This document shows, in pieces, positions 53,806 to 61,823 of a DNA stretch of 64,000 bases. The stretch spans positions 1 through 64,000 of IMG/VR virus record IMGVR_UViG_3300022562_001644; one strand, written 5' to 3'. The translations under genes and the position numbers were made by a program. Positions within the stretch are counted from its first letter, which is position 1. Every line of letters starts with the position of its first letter. The DNA is from a virus. The notes beneath the pieces are model-generated. The model had not been told where the DNA came from. It did not search any database and saw only the letters and a program-made list of their open reading frames with translations.

Positions 53806-54752
53806 GACAGCTCGCGGAGCCTCTGGTGGTAAACCTTCACCTCGTCATCGATACGCAGAAGGTTGTGGAGACCGTTCTTGATCTCGCCGGTCTTGCGCTG
53901 AACGGTATCCAACGAGATGAGGACGGGGTGAGCACCATTGATGACGGTGACGTTCCCCATGTCATCACTGATGTAGTCCTCCGGGGCCTTTGAGATCGCC
54001 ATCTTTTCCAGTCTAAGACGGGCGCTTCCGTGAACCTCCTTGAGGAGGCGTTCCTCGAAACGTGGAAGATATTCTTCGGCGACCTTGTGCAATCCAGACC
54101 CCGACGCAGCTTCGTAAATCTGCCTGAAGGTGGCACCACCGAGAACAGCTTGTTTCACAGTGGCATAGGCACTCTTCTCAAGCGATTCAAGCTCCATGCC
54201 TTTGTAAAGAACCTTGTCCTCGGCGTCCTGGCGTTCGGCGGCCTTTTTCTGGAGGATGATGATGATGCGCTTCTTTTCACCGTCCTCGTGAAGACCATTG
54301 TGCACGGCGGCGGGATCTGCGCCCATCATTGAGATGGTCGACGGGCCGGACAGGGGGATACCCTTCGGCGGACCAGCGTAGTCGGAGTCTGACATCGGAG
54401 GACAGCTGACCATCGGACTCTCTGGATCGTCGGAGTCAAGCGGCTTCTTTCCGACAACCTGAACAACGGTCTTGGCATCTGCCAGAGGGAATGCAATGGA
54501 CTCCTTCTGGGCGGTCTTTGACCAAAGAGCTCGATGAGTGGCAATGTTGGCCATCTCACAGATGCGCTCGATCTGGTTTGCGTTCAGATCGTTTTCTTCG
54601 GCGATCTTCTGAATCGTGGAGTTGAGCGGAACTCGTTCTTCGAGATATCGCTTGGCTGCAGTTTTGGCCAGAAGCTCGAGGCGATCGGCCGCAACCTTGA
54701 TATGTCGACTGCTCGGTTCGGAAAGCAGGTAGTTAAAGTGGCTCATGGACAT
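53802..54752 (-). CDS. first gene of head cluster, hypothetical (K-x-A rich)
   Basis: KVAA, KTAA, KIAE, KKAA, EKSA, KVAE, EKMA. Confidence 0.75.
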   Translation of the reverse strand: MSMSHFNYLLSEPSSRHIKVAADRLELLAKTAAKRYLEERVPLNSTIQKIAEENDLNANQIERICEMANIATHRALWSKTAQKESIAFPLADAKTVVQVVGKKPLDSDDPESPMVSCPPMSDSDYAGPPKGIPLSGPSTISMMGADPAAVHNGLHEDGEKKRIIIILQKKAAERQDAEDKVLYKGMELESLEKSAYATVKQAVLGGATFRQIYEAASGSGLHKVAEEYLPRFEERLLKEVHGSARLRLEKMAISKAPEDYISDDMGNVTVINGAHPVLISLDTVQRKTGEIKNGLHNLLRIDDEVKVYHQRLRELS

Positions 54753-54841
54753 CCAGGATCCTCGCTTCTTGGTTCTACTCGAAGGTATAAGGATAGAGTA
54801 TCAGGGTCAAGAAAGCGGAAATACAGTCAAAGGAGAAGCAA

Positions 54842-55513
54842 ATGAAATTTTGTCCTCATTGTGGAGGAGACCTCACATCATACATGGCAGCCGAGCAAGG
54901 CAACTCGGCTGTCCTGAGGCCCCCAAACCGTGAGAAGTACGACCAGGACAAGACCTGGCGTCAGCTCATCATGGATGCCGAGGCCCTCAAGGGGTCACCC
55001 CCCACCCCCATGGAGCTCGTCGGCAAAGCGGTCGACAGGGTTCGAGGGGCATTTTCGGGCACGAAGGAGGGTGACTCCGTTGGCACGATTGTTCATATCG
55101 CGACAGATCGCAATATCCAGCCCCAGGGCGGAGTCCTGCATCGAGCGACCCTCCTGGAGGGGAGAGTGCAAGACGACATCAGCAAGATGGAGCGGATGGG
55201 CTATGCCGTTCAGGACGGGAAGGTGGTGGTCGTCAACGATATCCCGGTTGGACGCGGTTACGTCGCAATCAATTACTGGGGAGGGGAAAAGCAGTATCGC
55301 CGCTGGCACATGTCGAAACCGGTCACCATAAACCCATCGAGGAACGGCAACCCCTTCTTCATGGACGAGAACATGATCGCATTCGGAGTATCGTGGAAAG
55401 ACCCAAGCAAGATGGAGGAGGCGCTTCTCGAGCTCTGCGAGATCCTGGCCGAGGGCGTTCATAAAGAGCGGACCATCGGCATACCGCTAGCCATGGAGCT
55501 TGTCTGGCAATAG
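54842..55513 (+). CDS. zinc-ribbon hypothetical protein (opposite strand to structural arm)
   Basis: MKFCPHCG; AAGGAG RBS; GTATAAG upstream. Confidence 0.75.
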   Translation: MKFCPHCGGDLTSYMAAEQGNSAVLRPPNREKYDQDKTWRQLIMDAEALKGSPPTPMELVGKAVDRVRGAFSGTKEGDSVGTIVHIATDRNIQPQGGVLHRATLLEGRVQDDISKMERMGYAVQDGKVVVVNDIPVGRGYVAINYWGGEKQYRRWHMSKPVTINPSRNGNPFFMDENMIAFGVSWKDPSKMEEALLELCEILAEGVHKERTIGIPLAMELVWQ

Positions 55514-55522
55514 TCGGTTCCT

Positions 55523-55530
55523 GGCATAAG
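55523..55530 (+). promoter_or_regulatory. GGCATAAG putative promoter motif
   Basis: Intergenic. Confidence 0.55.
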
Positions 55531-55552
55531 AAGGATGAAAGGAGAACTTCTT

Positions 55553-56002
55553 ATGTCCATAGGAACAATGAGAGAGCAATTCGCTGAAGCGTTTGACCGC
55601 CTAATGCATTGCCGGATCGTTCTCGAGAACCTCAAGAAAACAGCCGAAGATTGCCTGGAGCCAGCTCAGCCAATTCTCAAGCTCATCCATCTTGGTCGCC
55701 TGAAGGCTGACGGAGAGACCATGCGAGACATCGAAATCGGTGTGAAGCGGGTTGAATCCGACAAGCGGAATGCAATCAAGTGCATGGATGATGCCGAGAA
55801 GAAAGCTGATTCCTGCTCCAGCATCATCAGCCGGCTTGAGCTCTACTCGAGAACGCCAACCAGCAATGAAGAAATACGAAGGTGGGAGGACAAGTTTCAG
55901 GAAGAACTCTGGTTTCTGAATGCCTCGATAGAGGAAGTTCAAGCGCTACGTGCGCAAATCGAAGGGAGTGCAGCTTCCCTAGACAAATCGCTGCCCCTGT
56001 GA
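55553..56002 (+). CDS. coiled-coil hypothetical protein
   Basis: AAAGGAG RBS before ATG 55553. Confidence 0.7.
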   Translation: MSIGTMREQFAEAFDRLMHCRIVLENLKKTAEDCLEPAQPILKLIHLGRLKADGETMRDIEIGVKRVESDKRNAIKCMDDAEKKADSCSSIISRLELYSRTPTSNEEIRRWEDKFQEELWFLNASIEEVQALRAQIEGSAASLDKSLPL

Positions 56003-56006
56003 GCCA

Positions 56007-56045
56007 CAGCGGGGGGCCTCACGGTCCCCCGTTGCGGTTTTTTTT
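56007..56045 (+). terminator. intrinsic terminator
   Basis: CAGCGGGGGGCC/GGTCCCCCGTTG stem plus T8. Confidence 0.8.
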
Positions 56046-56067
56046 AGCTATCGGGTAGACTGTGGGC

Positions 56068-56577
56068 ATGGATAACGTCCTCGAGGGGTTTGCCGATGAG
56101 CTTGTAAAGCTCGCTGGGAAGCGGAGTTCGTCGGCGGGCGCGGAGGACGAAGACCTTCTCGCTCTCTACCAAAGGGTGAAGAGCAGAAGTGACAAGGGCC
56201 TAAATGATAGCACTCTGAAAAAAATCAGAGGTAAGGGACGTCAAGTCAGTCGCGATTACCTGGCGTCCACCCTGATTGGCTCTGTCGCAACCCCAGTTGC
56301 CCTCCTTGGAAGCAAGCGGATCTCGAGAGCCTTGCACAACCGAGAAGTCCTCAAGGCCATGCAGGGTGTGAAGGGGAGGCGTCGAAAAGCCCTGGCTGGA
56401 TACCTAGAGAGCGGCCCTATGCTTGGGAAGACGAAGGTTCCTGGGATGATGAAGGGCAAGAAGCCCATGATGACCCACGCCGAGCTAGCCGGTCACTCAA
56501 TTCGCGGTGGAGCGATGGGTTCCATCATCCAGATGCTGCGAGACCGGTTCTCTGGCTCAGCTGGCATCGGCGAGTAG
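56068..56577 (+). CDS. basic protein with GFADELVKLA leader, leaderless, outside head operon
   Basis: MDNVLEGFADELVKLAG; TAGACT 6 nt upstream. Confidence 0.75.
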   Translation: MDNVLEGFADELVKLAGKRSSSAGAEDEDLLALYQRVKSRSDKGLNDSTLKKIRGKGRQVSRDYLASTLIGSVATPVALLGSKRISRALHNREVLKAMQGVKGRRRKALAGYLESGPMLGKTKVPGMMKGKKPMMTHAELAGHSIRGGAMGSIIQMLRDRFSGSAGIGE

Positions 56578-56685
56578 CTACCACCACTGGCCTACGAATA
56601 GGCCCAGTGTGAAGAACAGCGTAGAGAACACAAGCAGCCTCCAGTTCCTGCCAAGCCTCGTCAGGCCCTCCTGGGGAGTCTTCAT
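56578..56685 (-). CDS. 35-aa single-TM peptide
   Basis: ATGA coupling; LLVFSTLFFTLGLFVGQWW. Confidence 0.5.
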   Translation of the reverse strand: MKTPQEGLTRLGRNWRLLVFSTLFFTLGLFVGQWW

Positions 56686-56882
56686 GCCGGGCTCCAGTGC
56701 CCCATGAGTACACCCAGGGCGAAGGCTGTGACGAAGTACACCCAGCGCCTCTGGGTGAACCAGGAGCGCAACACGGACGAGTAGGTGTTGTTCGCAACCC
56801 TGTCGACGGCTAGATAGATGTCGATTGCGATCAGTATGAAGATGACGCAGAGGACGAATATCTTTGTTGCTGTCGGGCTCAT
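56682..56882 (-). CDS. 66-aa two-TM membrane protein (holin candidate)
   Basis: Two hydrophobic helices; ends GVLMGHW. Confidence 0.6.
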   Translation of the reverse strand: MSPTATKIFVLCVIFILIAIDIYLAVDRVANNTYSSVLRSWFTQRRWVYFVTAFALGVLMGHWSPA

Positions 56883-57994
56883 TCGTCTTCACTCAGGCAG
56901 TAGAAGGCCGCGGTGACGTACGAGCCGCCAAAAGCCGTTCCGTGCTCCAGATAGATGCGGACCTCCATGCCGGCCGCGCTGGACAACGGAAGAGCTGCTG
57001 CATAGTTCCATGGGAACACCGTGACCGGCTGGCTGGCCCCTCTCCAGTTGGATCCGATGGATGGAATCGTTGGGTAGGCTCCGTTGCTTTCGTCGATGAA
57101 CTGAGGAAGTGACTTGTAGACAGTCTTCCTGATCGGGATCAGGGTCCCTGACGGGTAGGGGCCAGGTGGGTCGGCGGTGTCCAAGAGCTGTGGGGCAAAC
57201 ACATCAACATAGCCATAGGTTTCAAACATGACCGTGTCATTCAGCTCCACGTCGGCAGAGAACTGGACTTCAGCGGCGTTGATGAGCAGACGCTTCCCTG
57301 CGTCTGGCTTGAGCAAAAAAGTGCTTCCGCTTTCGTACCAGTAGCTCGCGCGAACGCTGGCGCCAGGATCGATGACTGGACTGAAGGTGATCTTTCCAGT
57401 GGCATAGTTCAGAGTGTAATCGCCCACGCCTGTATGCGGATCGTTCTCCGTCTTGGAGGTCCACCCTCCACCCTCATCGATCTCCACCAGTACACTGTGA
57501 GTGGCCTCGAAGCCCTCCTCCTCCCAAAGCTTTCCATGTCTCACATCGATGATGTTTTGATGCGGCATGTCGTAGCTGGTCCCTGCGACATCCGCTGCAC
57601 AGGCCTGCTCCGTAGCCTGCACTGAGTCATGAATCCACGTTGTCGGATCATTCCAGCGGTGAGATATCTTGGTCGTGCGAGAACCCTCTGTCGGCCATGG
57701 AGAAACCTTGAGAACCTTATCGGAGGTATACCGGGGACCAAAGTTCTCGCCGAACTGTGACTGGATAACGAACGCCAGGGCATCATCTTCGTCGACCGCC
57801 AGAGCGGCGCCAGGAAAAGATGATAGCCAATCAGCGTGGTCTGCTCCCCACACAACAGCCTTCACAGGAGTCTCTGCCGTTCCCGAGTAGGCGATGATTC
57901 GATCAGACTTGTTCCCCTGGGTGTACCAAGAAGGCCACATCGCAGAAGTGACAAGCGACTTCCATGTTGCGTATGGGATGTTCAGAACTCTCAT
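56879..57994 (-). CDS. putative virion structural protein
   Basis: DYTLNYATGKITF Ig-like virion motif; beta-rich. Confidence 0.65.
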   Translation of the reverse strand: MRVLNIPYATWKSLVTSAMWPSWYTQGNKSDRIIAYSGTAETPVKAVVWGADHADWLSSFPGAALAVDEDDALAFVIQSQFGENFGPRYTSDKVLKVSPWPTEGSRTTKISHRWNDPTTWIHDSVQATEQACAADVAGTSYDMPHQNIIDVRHGKLWEEEGFEATHSVLVEIDEGGGWTSKTENDPHTGVGDYTLNYATGKITFSPVIDPGASVRASYWYESGSTFLLKPDAGKRLLINAAEVQFSADVELNDTVMFETYGYVDVFAPQLLDTADPPGPYPSGTLIPIRKTVYKSLPQFIDESNGAYPTIPSIGSNWRGASQPVTVFPWNYAAALPLSSAAGMEVRIYLEHGTAFGGSYVTAAFYCLSEDE

Positions 57995-58728
57995 TATTCG
58001 AATGTCCCGTAGAAAGTTGCCGTCAGGTAGGTGACTCCGAGGGCTCCTAGACCAAGGTTATCTCTGATGGTCACCCGAACCTCATCAGAGGTCCCACCTT
58101 TGAGCAACGTTCTTCCGCCGAACTGGAATGCTGCCGCCAAAACTTGGTTTGCAGCGTTCCTGTCAACAAAAGGAGTACCACCGATCAGTCGAAGCCATCC
58201 TTCGTTAAGAAAGATTTCCGCGAGAGTAGTCGTCGACCCATTGTTGATGGTCGCATCAAACAAGATGCCGTTGGTTAGTCCGCTGCCTTTTCCGAAAGAA
58301 GAACCGTCGAACGATATTGTTCCGAGGACAGAAAATACGAATCTGATCTCGGAAACGAGGATGTCATTTACCGGGTCGGCAGGAAAGCTGAACACGACCG
58401 GTGTGACAGATCCGTTGACGATCATGTCGTGGGAGCCAGCCGGAGTCCCGTCGTCGGTCAAAAATTGTTGAACAATTAGATCTGGATCTGGCGTGGCCGG
58501 AACGACAGATATGGTTGCACCAGGCTTTATGTCTGCTTCGACCTGGAGTCTCTTGTGAGTGGCGTTGACTGGGTCCTGTATGGTTGTGACCTTGACCTCG
58601 GCTCCAGTCCCAGCCTGCTGCCCGACCAGCGTAGACCTGGTCTCGAGTCGTCGTATCGAGTTGTCGAGAACGACCGCCACAGCGTTGCCGGCTGCGTCAT
58701 AGAGAATGGATACGGGTGAGTCGCTCAT
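57994..58728 (-). CDS. putative virion structural/fibre protein
   Basis: M.VNGSVTPVVF, LTNG, VTIRDNL; beta-rich. Confidence 0.65.
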   Translation of the reverse strand: MSDSPVSILYDAAGNAVAVVLDNSIRRLETRSTLVGQQAGTGAEVKVTTIQDPVNATHKRLQVEADIKPGATISVVPATPDPDLIVQQFLTDDGTPAGSHDMIVNGSVTPVVFSFPADPVNDILVSEIRFVFSVLGTISFDGSSFGKGSGLTNGILFDATINNGSTTTLAEIFLNEGWLRLIGGTPFVDRNAANQVLAAAFQFGGRTLLKGGTSDEVRVTIRDNLGLGALGVTYLTATFYGTFE

Positions 58729-59198
58729 ACGATGGTTCTTGTTCGATCAGTCTCGAATGGGCCGCTGTAGGAAATGGTATCCGTCACGGTGACTAGAACG
58801 GTTGTGCCATCGGTATCGTACATTTTCCACTGGATCGTAGTTGGAAATGCCGTCGTATAGGTGATGGTCTTCTCGACAATCTTCTGGGCTTTACCGTTGT
58901 CGGTGTACCAGATGATGGATGTTGGGAATGGGTTGGCCGTTGGGAGAACTTCCTTGTAGGCCCCGGTGGCGAACCCTTCGGCAGGTCCGTTGTCGATGAA
59001 GTGAATCAGCGACCGCACGGGGTCGTGAATCTTCTTGTGGAGTAGGGCCTCCACACCGGACGAGAATCTGTAGCGGATGCTGTCGCCGAGTCGGCGCATT
59101 GCCCCTTGGACTATGGGGTCCCCGTCGACCGTGCGGTCCTCGAGCTGGAGCTCCTCTTCGACTGCCGGTCCCGGCGTTCTGTCTGGGGTGAGTCCCAT
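58725..59198 (-). CDS. putative virion structural protein, leaderless
   Basis: Internal FPTSIIWY / FPTTIQW repeat; TAGACT 6 nt upstream. Confidence 0.65.
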   Translation of the reverse strand: MGLTPDRTPGPAVEEELQLEDRTVDGDPIVQGAMRRLGDSIRYRFSSGVEALLHKKIHDPVRSLIHFIDNGPAEGFATGAYKEVLPTANPFPTSIIWYTDNGKAQKIVEKTITYTTAFPTTIQWKMYDTDGTTVLVTVTDTISYSGPFETDRTRTIV

Positions 59199-59207
59199 GG
59201 CCCCAGT

Positions 59208-59705
59208 CTAACCCTTGCCAGGGCTCGCAGAAGATCTCTTTGACTTCTTTCGCAAAGGCTTCTTGTGGCTAACCTTTGGTTTCGCAGCCTTGCTTCGCGC
59301 CTGCTCAGCAAGCCCGTCACGCTTCTTTGCGAACGCGCGATGCGCTTCCGCCTGCTTCATGAAGTCGTCGGCCATGGTCTTTGCATGGTCAGATTGCCCC
59401 TCCACCAGGAGTTGTTGTCTCTGCTGATTTTTTGCATTCCTATCGCATTCAGCAGCAAGTCTCCTGATGAGCTTCTTCATTTCTCTGAGAAGGAGCTCGG
59501 CCTTTTCACCGCGAATCTCTGTACTGGCAGAGATCTCTTCCTCGACCGTTGCCGCATGGTTGAGTATCTGATCGGTCATCAGCCTGAAGGCATCGTAAGC
59601 ACCTTTGTGCTCGATGGATTCGCGGTACTTCTTGAGGGCGATGGCCTTTTGCTTCTCCGCCTGGTCCTCAAGCACTGAAACGAGGGCTTCTGTCTTTTCG
59701 CTCAT
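59208..59705 (-). CDS. coiled-coil protein with basic tail
   Basis: Start MSEKTEAL after terminator. Confidence 0.7.
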   Translation of the reverse strand: MSEKTEALVSVLEDQAEKQKAIALKKYRESIEHKGAYDAFRLMTDQILNHAATVEEEISASTEIRGEKAELLLREMKKLIRRLAAECDRNAKNQQRQQLLVEGQSDHAKTMADDFMKQAEAHRAFAKKRDGLAEQARSKAAKPKVSHKKPLRKKSKRSSASPGKG

Positions 59706-59723
59706 GTTTTTTGTTCCTGGTGT

Positions 59724-59758
59724 AAAAAAAACCGGGGACGCCACTGGACGCCCCCGGT
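59724..59758 (-). terminator. intrinsic terminator
   Basis: Minus strand ACCGGGGGCG/CGTCCCCGGT stem plus T-tract. Confidence 0.8.
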
Positions 59759-59777
59759 GGTTTATAGGGACAAGCTA

Positions 59778-61397
59778 CTACGGGATCTCAAGCCAGTCCA
59801 CGATGTAGATGACGTCTCCAACCTTGATCTTCTTCTCGAACTTGAGCTGGCCGTTGGCCAGCGAAGTGCCTGGGTAGACGTCCTTGTCGTTTGCGCCAGT
59901 CGTGGAGGTGTCTTGCACCTGAATAGCGCCGTTCAGGTAGATATCAAGCTTTGTGCTGGAAAGGCCGAAGTCGTGGCCCGAAAGGTTGCCCAAATCTGTG
60001 TCGAGGTTGTTGTCGTTGGATGGGCCAGATACGTCGACGTCAGCGTTTGCATCTACCGTGCAGACGGCATACACGATCCGCCTGGTGGTTGAAGCCTTCG
60101 CCTCAATGAGCATCTGAATAAGAGACTTTTCTCCACCATAGATGGTCTCAAGGTTGCTCCACTCAAGTGTGGTCTCCGATAGCTTCAGGCCAAGAGTGGC
60201 CCAGGTGGAGCCTGTTCGGTTTCCGTCGTCGAGGTAGAGCTCGCCGGCGCCAAGCATGGTGAGGTCTGCGCCGCCACCGGAGGCTACGGTCAGCACACCG
60301 CCTGCGTCGATCTGGTTTGGTGTGACACCAACGTTAATCGTGGTCGCAATAGATCCAGTGTCAAACGATGCCCCATTGAGGAAATCGTTTACGGATGCGT
60401 TGTTATCAAAGATATCAACGTCCGCCCCGAATTCGATCTCACTGGTCCCCCCAGCACTTCCCTCGATGATGCGGAACAACGAGGCTTCAAGATTGTCGCG
60501 AATCGTCCACTCGACACCGGCGGCTTCCAGGTCAAGGAAGGAACTTGTGAGCACATCGACAGGAGTGGTGCCCTGGTTTCCGTAGCCAGCCTGTCGCGTA
60601 ACCAGTGCAGTTCCCGGAACATCGACAATCGCACCGGTCAGGAAGTCATACTCGTTGAGGTCCTGCTGTCTGACTCGCTCCCTGGTGCAGTAGTTGATAG
60701 TCCTGTTTTCGACGTCGGCGAATGGGACTGCTTCGAGGTCATCCCCGGTTGCGTTGACGCGAACAAATGAGATCTGAACCCTGGTCGTTGTCGTATCCGT
60801 GATGGTGGCGCCATCCGTTAGACCAGACTCTCCTTGCAGCAATCCATAGACCTTGCGGTTATCTGACAGAATGTCATCGCGCGTATTCCCATCCACGATT
60901 TGCATCAGATTGAGCGGGCTGATTGCGTTTGCCCCAGGAATTTCAGACAGGGCGTGAGTCCCGAAGGTTCCGCCATGGGCTGCGACTACAGTGCCGAGCG
61001 TGGTCACGCCTCCAACGGCTGCAGTTGTGTTGGTTGGAAGCTCGCCAGTTCCGAGGATTACAAAGTTGTTTCCTGCGCCAACAGTGACATCCACGAAGCT
61101 GCAGACGTCACGAAGGACGCGCTTCTTCTCAAGAGCATGGAGGGCCGCGTTGAGATCGTTGACGCCCCGCTGGCTACCCGTTTCGAGGGCCGATGGTGTA
61201 GCCAGATCCCCAAACCAGTTGCTTCCCCTGTTGTCCAAGAGCGTGTGGATCTGGGATCGCAGGCTGTTCAGATCGTCCAGCAGGGACACCGGGTTCGTTT
61301 CAAAATTCGCCTCAGACGGAGCAATGCTATCGTTGTAGAGGGAGACGGGAAACGTTCGTCGGATCTGTGTTTCTTGGTCGAGTAGTGAGATTGCCAT
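59778..61397 (-). CDS. putative fibre/virion structural protein
   Basis: Thr/Gly/Asn-rich; SL.DDLN.LRSQI; C-terminal YLNG Ig-like domain. Confidence 0.7.
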   Translation of the reverse strand: MAISLLDQETQIRRTFPVSLYNDSIAPSEANFETNPVSLLDDLNSLRSQIHTLLDNRGSNWFGDLATPSALETGSQRGVNDLNAALHALEKKRVLRDVCSFVDVTVGAGNNFVILGTGELPTNTTAAVGGVTTLGTVVAAHGGTFGTHALSEIPGANAISPLNLMQIVDGNTRDDILSDNRKVYGLLQGESGLTDGATITDTTTTRVQISFVRVNATGDDLEAVPFADVENRTINYCTRERVRQQDLNEYDFLTGAIVDVPGTALVTRQAGYGNQGTTPVDVLTSSFLDLEAAGVEWTIRDNLEASLFRIIEGSAGGTSEIEFGADVDIFDNNASVNDFLNGASFDTGSIATTINVGVTPNQIDAGGVLTVASGGGADLTMLGAGELYLDDGNRTGSTWATLGLKLSETTLEWSNLETIYGGEKSLIQMLIEAKASTTRRIVYAVCTVDANADVDVSGPSNDNNLDTDLGNLSGHDFGLSSTKLDIYLNGAIQVQDTSTTGANDKDVYPGTSLANGQLKFEKKIKVGDVIYIVDWLEIP

Positions 61398-61451
61398 GAG
61401 TGCCCTTGCCTATCGCGTTGCGGAAAATTCTATCACGCAGACTTTTTCAGA

Positions 61452-61823
61452 TCATTCGTCCCAGTCGATGAGCGTAATGATGTCGCCAACCTTGAGTTTC
61501 TTGCTGAATTTCAACTGGCCATTGATGAGGCTTGTCCCCGGATAGACGTCGCCAGAGCCTGGTCCAAACACTGCGACTTGCCTGGCTCCGTTCAAGAGAA
61601 TGTCGTAAGCGGTTACAAAGGATGCTCCTGCAAGACTGCCTAGGTCGGCATCCAGGTTGTTGTCCCCCGAAGGACCCGACACGTTCGTATCGGCAGGAAT
61701 TTGAGACGTCACGGTTGCATAGACAATTCTACGATCCAGCGGAGACGGTCCACCACCAGGTGGTGTGCCGCCGCCGCCGGTATCGCACAGCGAGCAAGAT
61801 GCTTTGCCGTTACGAAAAGCCAT
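61452..61823 (-). CDS. stand-alone paralog of the C-terminal domain of the 59778 protein
   Basis: RRIVYA...VSGPSxDNNLDxDLG...DVYPGTSLxNGQLKFxKKxKVGD...DW shared; TAATG coupling. Confidence 0.75.
   Translation of the reverse strand: MAFRNGKASCSLCDTGGGGTPPGGGPSPLDRRIVYATVTSQIPADTNVSGPSGDNNLDADLGSLAGASFVTAYDILLNGARQVAVFGPGSGDVYPGTSLINGQLKFSKKLKVGDIITLIDWDE

Noticed and set aside
59778-61740. Diversity-generating retroelement TR/VR pair
   Set aside because: Differences are at all bases and largely synonymous, not adenine-specific; no reverse transcriptase in the window.
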